A DNA stretch of 63,158 nt, counting the filler, from Platydemus manokwari (taxonomy: Eukaryota), in assembly GCA_037951405.1 (NCBI GenBank). It is 5 parts of 5 records of this genome, joined end to end, with 100 filler letters (N's around TTAATTAATTAA, not from the genome) between each part and the next. Parts side by side here need not be neighbours in the genome. Positions count along the whole stretch, not along the records: positions 9,433 to 18,300 come from JBBMOY011307650.1; positions 18,401 to 27,590 come from JBBMOY011285761.1; 3 more parts are not named here. The stretch is one strand, 5' to 3'. Below the pieces are notes generated by a model, which saw only the letters and a list, made by a program, of their open reading frames with translations, did not search any database and had not been told where the DNA came from. Both the position numbers and the translations under genes were made by a program. Below are positions 9,672-22,740 of this stretch, one piece after another. Position 1 is the first letter of the stretch; each line of letters begins with the position of its first letter.

Positions 9672-12653
9672 ATGATCTCTGAGTTTGAATTGATAAAGCA
9701 GCTTCATGAAGCTAATCACAATTTCATCAGAAAAGGACATCATTTAATTAGAATACCCTCCAAAGACGAACTCCAAGATGAAATCGAGCTTTCTCTTCAA
9801 GATGACCAACCCGTCCATACAGACATTGATAATATTATCGATCAGATCAACAGTGAACTAATAGAGAACAATAATGGAACCAAAGAATTTGACTTCATTT
9901 TCACTGGAAATATAAGAAACGCATCGCATGTAGAATGTACCAAATGGTTCCTCGATTTCCTTTCTAAGCGTTGCAACAAAATCACGAAATATTTTTTCAA
10001 CAAGAAGTTGTCCATTTTAAGGGGCATCATTGATTTATTTTTATCAGTATTCTCAATAAAACAAACCAATCCTGTGAAGTACATGCTTCAGCATTTATTG
10101 ATAGAATATCAGGATCCATCTAAATCAAACATCCAGTCAAATCTGATCTGGTTCGATCATACACTGACATCACGAGGTGGTCAAGACTGTTCGTCGTTCA
10201 AAATATTTTACATAGTTGCCTTTGGATTAGAAAATCGCGTTATCCATTCAACTACAAACTCTATCATAGAAAAACAATACGTCACACCGGATCTATTGCA
10301 AAATGCGAAGACTGATTTGAAGAACGCAACGAAACTCCTCAAACTAATAAATTTCACAGATCTCGAAATTGATAACGTGTTGGAAATGATTATCGCATTA
10401 ATTGAGCTGTCCCAGTATCGAGCTCAAGGTAGCGGGAAAAAATTGGAATTTATTGGAACTAGTCACTTGAACAAAGCTGCAGAAAACTTTCTGGTTAAAG
10501 AAAAGCAATTGAAGGATTTCCTCGTCACCGAATATCTGTGGATTGATAACAAGAAAAAATTAAAGAGTCCAGAAAATGTAAATTACGAGATCGATTCGTT
10601 TATTTCTGCTCTTTATGATGTGCTTCTTAACCGAATATTTGGTCAATACAACAGGTTTGTGGAGATGGAGTCAGAAAATGAGAAGATGTTGATTATTAGG
10701 TTTATTAATACGCCAGCAATTCCTGAATTAGAGAAAGATAAAACCTATTATTATGGACATTTTTATCAGTATTACTTATCTTCGATTTTTGAAACAGCTT
10801 CAGCTGACGTCATCAACAAGGAGGTGGCCACATTGGAAAAGTTTGGTACTTCACAAAGAGCCTTGAGAAAAATCATCGAATTTAAAAAGAAGCCTTCAAA
10901 ATCGACAGATTTTCACCGAATTTTCGATCTGATATTAGAATATAAAAAATCAAATAATAGGTTGGATTATTTGAAAAAATTAGAGAAAAAAGATTTGAAA
11001 ACGATCACATTTATCAAAATAGACCAACAGATTTATGTCGACATTTTCATTCCTGAGGCGTTCAGTTTTATTCGATTTGATTGGCGATCGTTTATAGAAG
11101 AATCCGAAATACAATCAACCAAGAACATCAACAATTTCTTGAAATTAACAAGTGTTTCTCTTTTACAAAACTACAAAGTGAAAAACTTTTCTGGAAGAAT
11201 CTGGAATCATGAAGATCTTGCCTGGATCTTTCGGGACAAATTCGTTTTCAATAGGAATACATTCTTTGTTCACTCACTTGTCGAAGAAAGTTGTCAGAGT
11301 GTTGGGAGGGTTTCTTTAGAAACCCAAATCAATGCCGAAAACTTACAACACATGGAAATTGAAGAGCTAACCTTCGAGACGATCCCTTTCGAGGAATTTG
11401 TCAAGAAATATGGAGTACTATTTCTAAATTTCGATGACAATTCACGTAATGGTCGTGATGCTGCTTTTCATGCCATTCATCGACTGAAACTAACTGATGC
11501 TTGGTGTTGCGATAATCATATACATCTACGATCGGATCAGATCATAGAAATTGAATTGCAGATCAGCAATTATCATAGATGTGTTCTCAAATTACAAGGT
11601 TACGCTAGGATAATAATAGCCAAAATAAAACTTCGAGATTTAAGAATAATGGCGTTTCAATATCAAGAAGAATATTTAGAAGCAATGTTCACCTCAGTTA
11701 ACGTCTTAAAGTTATTCGAATCAGAATATATACCAATTGTAAATGTTGATAGAGAGAACATTGATTTGTCAGTCATGACTAGATTGATACCAGATCAAGA
11801 ATATATCGAAAAATTGAAATCATCTGAAAAGAATGATGTTTGTTGGTTTAAAGTGACTGTTATGAGTAAAACGTTGATTTTGCACGAGAAGGCATTCGCA
11901 GGTTCGAAGATATGTTTATATCACTCTAATGATCCTTCACAAGAGAATCATGATCATTGTTTCGATATTGGAAGGTGTGTACCGGTACAACTGTTATCTG
12001 AACTAAAGAATGTATTTGCCATTAAAATCTCCTTAGAGTCACAGTCGGATGATGTTCTTTTAGACGTTAAAACAAATAAACGGCTTTATGCATGGAACGT
12101 CGAAACTGAAATTAATAAAATCAACAGACAACATCTGCCTATTTCACGAGGTTACTTGTACTCTATGAATCAATATCGAATATTTTCTGGAGAATATTTC
12201 GTGAGAAAAATGGCCTACAATACCCTCAATGGTATTTCATATTCATCTTTCCAAGATCTGGCGCAAGAGTGTTCTTTGGCCATAATCTTACAGCCAGACC
12301 CTATAAATGACAAGATATTAACGAAATCAATTTTGTGGATTTTAGTAACGAATTGTCTACCACTAATAAATTTGCAGTCTACGCATACATTTAATCTCGT
12401 GGAAAAGGAAAGAAGGAAAATGGACAAGGAGGAGTGCAGTCAATATGTTAATGGGATGTGGATTCGCCCGAAAAACGATTGGCTGATACCTAATGTATCC
12501 ACTCAACTACAGGTGATGTCAATGGAAAATGATCATGATCTAGATTTACAGCGAATATCCAGCAATACTGAATATGCCGCACGTTTAAGCCAATCAATGA
12601 TTAATATGAATAAGAAAAACTATAAAACACAAAAGTATTTTAATAAAAAGTGA
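9672..12653 (+). CDS. Highly divergent myosin-motor-like protein with one IQ motif; probably catalytically inactive; single long ORF
   Basis: Myosin landmarks in correct order: SSFKIFYIVAFG (ERNFHIFYQLLAG), LKLINFTDLEIDNVLEMIIALIELS, IDSFISALYDVLLNRIFGQYN (RDALAKALYxRLFxWIVxxIN), IPFEEFVKKYGVL, IQ-like LKLQGYARIIIAK. First ATG is at 9672; the ORF track starts at a TTG at 9636. Confidence 0.8.
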   Translation: MISEFELIKQLHEANHNFIRKGHHLIRIPSKDELQDEIELSLQDDQPVHTDIDNIIDQINSELIENNNGTKEFDFIFTGNIRNASHVECTKWFLDFLSKRCNKITKYFFNKKLSILRGIIDLFLSVFSIKQTNPVKYMLQHLLIEYQDPSKSNIQSNLIWFDHTLTSRGGQDCSSFKIFYIVAFGLENRVIHSTTNSIIEKQYVTPDLLQNAKTDLKNATKLLKLINFTDLEIDNVLEMIIALIELSQYRAQGSGKKLEFIGTSHLNKAAENFLVKEKQLKDFLVTEYLWIDNKKKLKSPENVNYEIDSFISALYDVLLNRIFGQYNRFVEMESENEKMLIIRFINTPAIPELEKDKTYYYGHFYQYYLSSIFETASADVINKEVATLEKFGTSQRALRKIIEFKKKPSKSTDFHRIFDLILEYKKSNNRLDYLKKLEKKDLKTITFIKIDQQIYVDIFIPEAFSFIRFDWRSFIEESEIQSTKNINNFLKLTSVSLLQNYKVKNFSGRIWNHEDLAWIFRDKFVFNRNTFFVHSLVEESCQSVGRVSLETQINAENLQHMEIEELTFETIPFEEFVKKYGVLFLNFDDNSRNGRDAAFHAIHRLKLTDAWCCDNHIHLRSDQIIEIELQISNYHRCVLKLQGYARIIIAKIKLRDLRIMAFQYQEEYLEAMFTSVNVLKLFESEYIPIVNVDRENIDLSVMTRLIPDQEYIEKLKSSEKNDVCWFKVTVMSKTLILHEKAFAGSKICLYHSNDPSQENHDHCFDIGRCVPVQLLSELKNVFAIKISLESQSDDVLLDVKTNKRLYAWNVETEINKINRQHLPISRGYLYSMNQYRIFSGEYFVRKMAYNTLNGISYSSFQDLAQECSLAIILQPDPINDKILTKSILWILVTNCLPLINLQSTHTFNLVEKERRKMDKEECSQYVNGMWIRPKNDWLIPNVSTQLQVMSMENDHDLDLQRISSNTEYAARLSQSMINMNKKNYKTQKYFNKK

Positions 12654-13149
12654 TCCTTAAAGACGTCATGTGATTTTATCGATTAACAAAATAAATTAAA
12701 ATATTGATATTACTTATCTTGTTTTATATAAAATAGGATTAAAATACAATCACCAATGGTGATAGTGTTGTGGTAGTGATGATAGTGAATATTTTGTGGA
12801 TTCCGGCCTTTGTCTACGATTTGGCTGGGGCAAAATTAGATCCCGGTACTTTACTATTAGCATAATCATTCTGACACTGATGATTATCGATTCAAGTCCA
12901 TTGGTTCCTGAATTTTATGTCATTCACAAAAAGGAAAACACATCACGAGATATCAGCAACATCACACAAATATCAACAAACTCGCACAAGATTTTAGCTT
13001 GATCTTTGATTTTTTTTATTAAAGGAACTGAGTCACCTCATCTATAACGTGAGTGTCGAAAGAGATTTTCATTTAATATATAAATTGCAGCATGATTATA
13101 TTTTAAATATAAAATTCGCCAATTAAAATAACAGTCTCCTTCAATAAAT

Positions 13150-13400
13150 ACAGTTCCGATTTTCTAATAAATGCCTTGTCGCGATGCTTGCCCTCAAATC
13201 ATATCAAGCGCTTCACTATTTTCAAATTGATAAATCTAGTTTATCAACCGACAATTTCTCGTCACAGTTTAGCATCTGACATTTCAACCACCCGTTTCGT
13301 GTGCAAGTTTCCTATTGTTCAATTTTCAAATTTCGAATTGCGTTGTCCACTGATAAATTGTTAAAACCGAATCCACAAGTAAAACACAGTGGCTAACTTC
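13150..13400 (-). pseudogene. Possible TRAF-type RING/zinc-finger relic
   Basis: PLCFTCGFGFNNLSVDNAIRNLKIEQ*..LKCQMLNCDEKL resembles the TRAF post-RING xxDNAxxREI..C...C segment. Confidence 0.3.
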
Positions 13401-13711
13401 AGATTCAAAATACCTGATATACCTAGCTGTCTAAATGCTTAACATCATTCAACTATTTGTTTTGAATTATTGATTGACACTATATATACTGTGCCTTATA
13501 ATAATGATCAATACTTTGAATGAGCCGATTTGCTAAACAAAAAAATCAATCGATATTTAATTACTTCACATGGTTCTTAAATATGATTCAGAATTTATTT
13601 ATGGATTATTTTATTCTGTTAACGGCCATTCAGTGCTTTTAATAATTATAAATTCATTATAATATTTTTTATTATTATTATATTATCATTTACCGTGATG
13701 TATAATATATT

Positions 13712-14355
13712 TGTTGGGTCTTGATTCTGAATATCAAAATAATTACTGACTACAAAAATCGAAGGTTTTAAGCTGTATTTTTAACGCTCGCACTAAGCAG
13801 AACGGCTCACAAATTATCACAAAATTACAACTAAAACAAACTTGATTTTCAACTACATGCGTAGAACTTAGTACAACTCACAAATTGAAAACAATGCCTA
13901 AAAAACGTAATCAAAACTTGACTTCTAAGCGGCAGTTGGTCATTTTTACATCGGTATTCATACTCGACATCCTTGAGGGGCATTTTTGTGTCATGTTCGT
14001 ATCAAATTTTGATTTTATCTTTACATTTTCATGTTTCTATTGGATTTATTAGTTTTTATATGTCCTGGAATGATCAATCTCTGAGTGAGTTGTTGTGTGG
14101 CTAAGTCCCTTTTCCAAATTATCGTTTTCCATCTAACTCAACTGTGATTGGTTGATCGTCATGCCTCAATGATTGTGTGTAGACACGCACATGTTTAACG
14201 TGCTAAATAAGGATTCTAAGGTACAAATTTGTTTTTCTTCTGTAAGATGTCTTCTTTCTCCGTCGGAACTATCTATATGGTTCCAGTCATTTAAGTATAA
14301 GACAGTCTAGCTGCTCACCGATATATAAGAATAATAATAATGATGAAATTCAACA
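13712..14355 (-). mobile_element. Solo LTR, family A
   Basis: TGTTGGG...TTCAACA termini; flanks ATATT/GTATT (possible 5-bp TSD); CCAAT boxes on the minus strand. Homologous to four other copies in the window. Confidence 0.7.
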
Positions 14356-15299
14356 GTATTAAAATTATTAACAAAACTAATAATAATATATTTATATCTC
14401 CAAATTCACTTAAGTGTTATTCATTATAAATAATTATATTAATATATCGATCTAAGTCCTTTTTCATATTGTAATAAAAAATAATAATGACCTTTTAAAT
14501 GTTTAGGAGGCATTATTGATAATCTAATGTTGACAAACATATATAAGACTAAAGAAACTTTTTGAGACGATTAGCAGCAATTGGTTAAGAGCTGATGAAA
14601 ACATAATGGCCAATAATAAATGAAATAATCCAGTGAGCGATAAGCATATTATGGCTAAATTTATTAAATAGTCTTGAAGGAATTTTAAAAAGCTTAGAAA
14701 ATGATAAACTATGAAGGCATTCCAACTGAGCTGGTAGTAAAACAATTCAGAGAAGATTTGAAAATGGGCTCAGATTTTTATTGATTATCGCAATTCAACG
14801 AGATAAAATCTTCAATGTTATTTATAATGAATCTATTACAATATAGCATTTAGATAGAAGCGAACACTGAGAACAGTTCTGGAAATGTTCAAGATTAAAA
14901 TGGTTTATTAGTTTTTGAAATATACCGATCCACAATACCAAATATATAATTTATTGAGCTGTCACATCAACAGTTCCAAACTGCCAGTATCACGCTTTAA
15001 TAAATTAAACTTATTCCTAAAATAAATTCAGTATTTTTTTCTATCAAATATAATTTTTCTCTTTTTCGTTCTAATTTTTCCCCTCATTTGAATTTCACTA
15101 GAAAATCGGTGTAATCGAAACACGTAACTACTAATCAATTTGTTAATTTTGGTTTGGATCAAACTTATCGGAATCCTTTTCTAATCAATTGGTTCTCACT
15201 GAGATTAAATAAATTTTTTTTAATAAAAATCGATGTTTATCAACCCACTTTATACAGTGTGAATAGCTTACAATTCCAACAATAAATCTGTTATACCAG

Positions 15300-16420
15300 T
15301 CTTCTACCTATTTAGCAATGCGGCCACGCCTACTATTAATCAATAACAACTGTAATGGAAGTAATATGCTGCTCAACGCTATGGTGTGAATAATATGCTT
15401 CCTTAATAATTTTATTCAAATCGAAATATTGAATCCATTAACGCGATCATAAAATTTATACTGATTTCGTCACGATCCTATCGAGGAAACTTCAAAATAA
15501 AACCCCAAAGAAAAACGGAAAAATCGTTAGTTTTAAGTAAATCTTTTCATATTTTATTGCTAGGTATTTCTTGATCTTGAACAGAAATAAATCTCACAAT
15601 TACGAATTGTTATCTCATTTCAGGACATCAACTAATCAGTTTTCCACAGCTAGACCGGATTTGTCCTTCAATAATAACATCATGCTATTTATTCCAATCA
15701 TATATTTTTAAATCGAATCGATTCACAATGTAGGTGGGTTTATTTTATGTGTTTTGCGAACATTTTTCAAAATCTAATTATATTCATATTGATACATGAA
15801 TTATAAATATATTCCTGTTTATATTATGACGGGAGAGCATTTTTTCTAAAATTAAATCTACGTGAGAGCACAGAACTCAAAATCGTATCACATTTCAATG
15901 CATTTTATAAGTCAAGACAAAGTTTCATTTATATTTCTCGAAACGAACTCCGAGACTAAAACAAATGCAACATTAAGCTAACAGACGAAAGTAATTTGCC
16001 TTGCTTAACAAAAACATTAATAATTCTGTGTTGATAAAAATCTGTCTTGTATACAATCGACTAATTATTTTAATGTCCGGGAAATCAGCATTTATTCTTC
16101 CGTCTTGCAACAACTAGCTGCGTTGCTCTTTATTTATTGACTAAATCTTTTGACACGAAGAGAACAAATTTTACTTCTCTTCAGAAAACAGTTTTCTCGT
16201 GCATTTCTGCTGTCATTTGCAAGGTAAAATCCAGCGAGATTTGTTATCAATTACATACTGTCATTGTTGATTTTAGGGGAGTTGGTAATCATTTTACTTT
16301 CGATAATTCAGTAAAACCTGGACATGCGGATCCTCATCAACTTGTTGGAGAACAGAATTCTTGATCTTCTGCATTCATTCTGCTTTAATTGCAGCGAGAA
16401 CCGCCAATCATATAAATCCT
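15300..16420 (-). pseudogene. Possible rhabdovirus-like (class III) glycoprotein relic
   Basis: QEFCSPTS..GSACPGFTEL..STMTVCN..KNKC*FPG..YKTDFYQHRIINVFVKQGKLLSS has Cys spacing reminiscent of a G ectodomain; heavily decayed. Confidence 0.25.
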
Positions 16421-17889
16421 TTTTAATATAAATAAGCGTTTTAAATATGAGACCCACATCATTGATCTATTGCTAGTGATTACGTTTTAGGCATCAGTGT
16501 TACGACGAAATTGCTTATTCATGATAATTTATCTAGGTCGGTGTTATTCCATGGGAAATGGTCATTCTAAATAAAGCATCTTTTATATAGAAAGGACCAA
16601 AGGGCAAAATTGGGCAAATGCTTATGAAGTGGGAGATATAATTTAAAAAACTGATGTGACACTTCTTTTGTATCAATGAAATGAGATTTAAAATTTTTTT
16701 ATTCTAACCTTATTAATTGATTTAAATAATTATAGGTAAAATATAATTTTGTGTCGTGACATTTCTGTTCGTTTCCAGTACGTGCTTTTTAATATAGTTA
16801 CCACTTTGTATTACTTATTGTTGATTAAAATGGATCCCAGAATTCAAACAAGGACAATGGAACATTAGTTATAGAACAGATCAATGAAATGGAGTCATTA
16901 CTCATTGAATTAGAGTGACATTAGTCACTTGATGATATCACAATGATCACCAATCGACATGAGTACTTAAATAGTCACAAGAGATTATAGACTGCACAAT
17001 CGACAATTTCAGAAGGTGGCCTCCTACTCATCGGAATCGGATAAAAGATGAAAACCACAATCTCATTATTAGCCAATCGAATAAACACAATTTGCTCAAT
17101 ATAAAACGGAATATTTACGATGTAATTAAAATATTTTGGAATGAATATCAAAGAATATTTCTATGTTATTCGAACGTTTTGTCAATGAGCTCACTATCCA
17201 GTTATTCCTGTCATTGTTCAGATAGTTCGTTCTCATTTAGTTTTAGCTTGATATAATCTTGGAACTCATGTGGAAACCACTTCATTTCAATACCGCCCAT
17301 ATATGAAAACGTCAACGTGCGATGTTCGAAATCATAAAGTACCTGACGATGTCGGGATTCCATTGACATACGACAGACTCCTATTAAGATCAGGATAAAA
17401 ATGATTTGATTTGCCTGAATGGCACAGGAATTAAATATGCCGAAATGTGATAAAAGAATTGAAGAAATAACTTTGTATTTTCATCATTATTTATTCTAAT
17501 CACTGACATAATAAGGCTTTACTGAATGACATCTGTTCGATTCGGCGGTAAGTTCTTGATTTATAAACGCAGAGAGAATTCTGCTCAAGAGATTGATAAA
17601 TATAAACAATAACTATACATATTAATTATAAATTTATAATAACTATAAAATAATTTTTATACAAATCAAAAATTTATAATTTTATAATTTTATAGTTTAA
17701 TAATAAAAGTTTATAATTTTAAAATATCAAATATTTTTATCCAATCAATCTCAGAGAAAATCAAATCCAAAAATAAAATCATTGCCATGCTTATGGATTG
17801 AATAGAAATTTAACATTTACAAGCAACTAAAGGAATTGGTAATAATAATAATAATTATGATTATTATCATATTTATTAATTATAATAAA

Positions 17890-18100
17890 TAGACAGCGCA
17901 GATATTGATCTCCATATGGGTTTATTTTCGATGTAATTCGAAGATCAATTAAATCTTATCTCTACTCGTTATTTCACATTTGGATTGTCTGATATCACTG
18001 ATATCGAATAAAGGGTGATTTTAATAAATTTGTGAGCAAGACAGATTGAAGAGTCTCTGGAGAATTTGATGGTCAAAGTTAATTAAAATATTATTGTAAT
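17890..18100 (+). pseudogene. Possible TRAF MATH-domain relic
   Basis: SPYGFIFDV...IKGDFNKFV (cf. MATH PYGYKF...MKGEFD). Confidence 0.3.
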
Positions 18101-18300
18101 TATATTCTAATAACCATAGTGATATTGATAATAATATTTATTGATGAAAATAATAACAAAACAGTAATAATAATAATATTAATGATATTAATAATAATAA
18201 TCATCATCAGCATCATAATATAATTGAACCACTTGATAAATATCTCGATTCATAGCGTTCAGTAATTCATTAAATCAATATCCGGTCAAATATTTATCGA

Positions 18301-18400
18301 NNNNNNNNNNNNNNNNNNNNNNNNNNNNNNNNNNNNNNNNNNNNTTAATTAATTAANNNNNNNNNNNNNNNNNNNNNNNNNNNNNNNNNNNNNNNNNNNN
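18301..18400. other. Artificial assembly spacer
   Basis: 44N-TTAATTAATTAA-44N. Confidence 0.98.

Positions 18401-18466
<66 letters not shown>
18401..18466 (+). repeat. (AAT)22 microsatellite at a contig edge
   Basis: Perfect AAT repeat abutting the gap. Confidence 0.97.
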
Positions 18467-18467
<1 letters not shown>

Positions 18468-18849
18468 GCAAAATAATTTGCAAAATCCAAATCAATCATA
18501 TATGTTGTTTGAATTGCAGATTTATGTTCCGCCAATTCAAATGAAAATTATGTTCTATCGATTTTTATGAAACATTGGAAAGATTATTTTATAATTAATA
18601 TTTTATAAAAATATATTCATGTTCAAAGGATGAAAAATTATTTGAGTATACTCCACACCAGATATTTTAATAATAATTTATTTCTCAAATTTAAAATCGA
18701 AACACTGTATGGGTTTGTACCTATATTTTGGTCTGTATTTATTATAAATTCATATGAGCGATCGACCTTTAAAATGGTAATTATGTAATGAAATTCTGGG
18801 AAATTCATTTTTTTCGCAGTGAGAAATAATGTCATCACCTCGAATATCC

Positions 18850-19160
18850 TAATATAAAGGTCGAATTGTGTTCAAGTGGCAGATTACAAGGACAGCGCAG
18901 TACTTGACCATGACTCGTCAACAATATGACAGCCATATAACCGAGCCAGGATTCCATATATAAAAGCTACATTACAAGGATTACTTTCAACATAATAAGG
19001 TTAATTTCAATTGCGAAAAATTTAGGTATACCAAGTCAACAGATAAATAACTGGATAGAATAAAACTCTGCCAAATGTATAATCATTATATATAATTCCT
19101 ACGTCGCCGATAAGTACCCTTTAACATTTGACAGACTTTTCTATTTCATTCTTTGGAACA
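18850..19160 (+). pseudogene. TRAF MATH-domain relic
   Basis: YKGRIVF/KVADYK (cf. MATH start YNGxLIWKITDYK), followed by ..EPGFHI. Confidence 0.4.
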
Positions 19161-19739
19161 GTCTTGTGAAAACAAAAAAACCAATATTCAGAAAAAATCA
19201 CGGAAATATTTTTTCAAAACAAATCTTCAAATGTAAATTGAAAAAATTGCAGTATTAAATAACCCTGGAAACCGAGTGTGTCATTATTTAAACAAACAGA
19301 AAAAACAAATAGAATCAAAACATATTGGAAAATTCTCACTGTCATTTCAAAATTTTAGCTGAGGAATTTTCGTTTGTACAATTTTCATTTCAGTTTTCAT
19401 ATGAGATTTATCGAATAGTATATTGTGGGATAAATGGTGTGTGAACAGATATTGAATAATTATGTTTCGATTATTTTTATAGTTTGGTAATTTGTTTTGA
19501 AAGTATATTGCAATATTTATTGGTCTAGAAATGATAAAATCTTTAGTTTATTTGGCTGTGATTGTTTAAATTGATATATAAAATATTAATGAATTAAACA
19601 TTAATCGTCAATTATTACCAATTACACTGAAAATTTGATTCATCTTATTATTTAATTATTTATAAAACTTAATTACATAATTTGTCATTGTTGGTGCAGA
19701 AGAATATCACTCAACATAACGACATTGTCACCTAGTACT

Positions 19740-20010
19740 GCTTGTTTCGATATTTTACATACATACACTCTTACACATCAGTACAGGTATGATAACTGAC
19801 TAATCAAAATCACTATAAAACGACAATTTAAATCGGACAAAAGTCATGGTTTCACGACGACACATGCAGCCATTATCAATTTGACAAAAATGACGAAGAC
19901 TCGTCTGTATTTCTTCTAATTCTCGTTTGTTAATTCCTTGAAAACCAAATTTTAGAATATCATAACTCATTTTAATATAATTCCATATTGGATCATCTGG
20001 AAACAAACAA
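19740..20010 (-). pseudogene. Possible RING/TRAF-type Cys-rich relic
   Basis: FPDDPIWNYIK (cf. TRAF FPDxxxxREI), then HFCQIDNGCMCRR and further Cys pairs in shifted frames. Confidence 0.25.
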
Positions 20011-20396
20011 ATCGATTATTTATAATTAACTAGTTAAACATCCAACGATTAAAACATAAGTAATTGATGGTTTTTACGCACAAATGAATGAAATAGAAAA
20101 CCCGTTTTTTAAATGGGAGCCGGATATGCTGGAATTCTAAAATTGCCAAAAGCACCATTTCAAATTCATGATCCGCAACATATCGTATATGGTTATTACT
20201 TAATATCTTAACGTTGTTTAGAAATGGAATTGAAATATATAAATGTTAAGATATAATTAAAGAAACTATATTAAATATCTGAATTTCTTTCATTTGTGTT
20301 CCAACAATATTAGAGTAGTTAAGTGAGTTAAGGAATATCCATGATTTTAAAATTAGAAATTCAAAATAGAATTTTTCTAAGAGGAATTTAATTTTA

Positions 20397-20885
20397 TTTT
20401 GGGTTCTACTTCTGAACGACTGAATAATTACCAAGTCCAAAAACCGAAGGCTATAAGCTTTCTTTCTGATCACAACGACTCACAAACTAACATAAATACA
20501 ATCAAGTCTGATTTCCCAACTAATACAACTCAAAAACATAACCAAAACTTGACTTCCAGCTGGCAGTTGGCCATCTTTACATCGATATTTATACTCGAGA
20601 TTTGTGTGTAATTTTTGTGTGATGTTTGTATCACATTTTGATTTCATCTTTATTTTTCCATGTTTCTATTGGACTTATTGGTTTTTATATGAGTGGAATT
20701 GGTAAATCCTTGTGTGTGTATTGGTATATAGCTATGTCTCTTTTTCCAATTATCGTTTACCATATAACTCCGTTGTGATTGATTGATTGCTGTACCTGTA
20801 TGGTTGTGTTGAAATGCAAATGCTGAAAGTGCTAAAACAATGCTTCTAAGGTGCAAATCTGCTTTCTTTTCCAAGATTTTATCTA
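20397..20885 (-). mobile_element. LTR family A copy
   Basis: Aligns with 13712-14260 (e.g. CAAAACTTGACTTCCAGCTGGCAGTTGGCCATCTTTACATCG, CCATGTTTCTATTGG). Confidence 0.8.
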
Positions 20886-22399
20886 AGTCAACATTTACAA
20901 TATAGTTTTCAGAAATGACAAATTAATTAATCGCCAATTACAAACCACATCGATGCGAAGATGTTTCTTTTAATTTTTATTTTAATATTTTATTAATGAA
21001 ATTTAAAAAACCTGCTTTGATTTTGGCTTTTATATTAGTTAATGTGAATCTCAACGTTCTTGTTTTTTTTTTATAATTTTAATGCTTTTTTAGATTCATA
21101 GCAGAAAACGGATTTAAAATACAAAAAATAATTTAGTTAAAAATGGAATTTAATCATAGGTTTTAAATGACAATTTGTAATTTATTTTTAAAATAAGGAA
21201 ATCGTGCTTTATTGATTTATTTGGTGATTTTCTACATGACATGAAATCGTTTAATATTTCCTTAAAATCATATAATATTTTCAATAGAAAAATAACATTG
21301 AAAATATTGAATAAAATTGGTGGAAAGCATGGAAATAGACGTTGTTAGATTGACGAAAATTTAACTAGTTATGGCCACTGTTTGAAAAATTTTCTACGTT
21401 TTAATTATGAATTCTACTTGATAAACTATTTGCCTTTGATTATTTCTTTTCACATATACAACTCAGGTGTTCTTTCATTTTTAACAATTCTCACAGGAAA
21501 TTTTTATCAATATCCCAAGAATTTACATTTTTTCCATTTTCTAGAATGTATTTTAATCTTATTAAAATCTCACATAGCCAATTTATTTACCGGTTGTTAG
21601 GGTTTACTGATTGTCCCTTTCTTAGATATAACATATAGTCAATCGATATAATTTTCCGAAGTAATTTCATTTCACTAGTAAGAGACAGCACCTTAAATCA
21701 ATCATTTGATAATTCACCACAGCTGTTTCACTCACATTTTCAATGTTTATCACCATTTGGTGTTATAATATTTTTTTCCAAATTAGAATATCTATTATAA
21801 TGATAAATATTATTATACATATTTTAAATTCAAAGAATAGATCTGCTTCCTTGAAGAGAATCTTATAATTTCCATTCAACTTGAAATAATTATATATAAT
21901 TTAATTATTTATTTTATATCTGTCATCTTCAATTTAAGTGATCACGAGGTTCGTGTGTTTTGTTTTGCTAGTTTTTTTATACTTTTGATTTTGATTTGTT
22001 TTGTGTTATATCCCATGTATTTAAGTTATTTCTCATTACAACGTACACACATATATTGTGCTCATTGCCTTCGTTTTGAGTGACACAATCTTCATCATTA
22101 TTGTTGAAATGCTTTAAACACAATCCCTTAAAGAGAACTTTCAAAAAACCTATTTATGGAAAGGTTTTCTGTAGTGCTTCAGTAAGTTATATACAATTTC
22201 TGAAAATGTCAATCTCAAGCTCTTCTATAGCGAAATAATCAGTTATGTATTTTAAAATGAAAATAACTTCTGGGAATTTGGACCTGGAATCTTTGTCAAT
22301 CGATTATCGATGAATAAATACAGAGAATGAAATGAGGAACAGTAAATTTGAATATTCTTTAAAATCTCATAATTTTAGCAACCGATCTTTCTTTGTTCT

Positions 22400-22740
22400 T
22401 CAAATATATTTTTAAAAAATTCCAATTCTTTAATTTTCACTTTAAAAATCGTCACAAATCTATGTGTATTGTTTCGAATAACGTAATCATTTTAGATAAG
22501 TTAATATTATTAACTACTTCAATTCACAGCACTTTCTATCAATCGATCACATTATACTTCAACGTAACATTTCTTTGCTTATTCCGAGTAACCAATCATA
22601 TTGATTTTCGTTTATTCAAACCAAAAAATCGATATTAATCAATTATCAAGAACAATTATCATTTAAATATATTTCGATATAACCATCATATCCATTATCA
22701 ATTCAAATACCGGTGCTAAATAAATTCATTTATCGATGAA
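22400..22740 (-). pseudogene. TRAF MATH-domain relic
   Basis: YLAPVFE/DNGYDGYIEIYLNDN...ENQYDWLL...YVIRNNTH follows the MATH order (YSPxF..GYK...YLNG...GEYDxLL...YVKDDT). Confidence 0.55.

Noticed and set aside
18353-18535. Poly-Ile ORF
   Set aside because: Translation of the (AAT)n microsatellite and gap Ns.
20246-20874. Short ORFs within the repeated family A sequence as a multicopy peptide family
   Set aside because: Reading frames are not conserved among the five copies; the sequence is LTR-like and non-coding.
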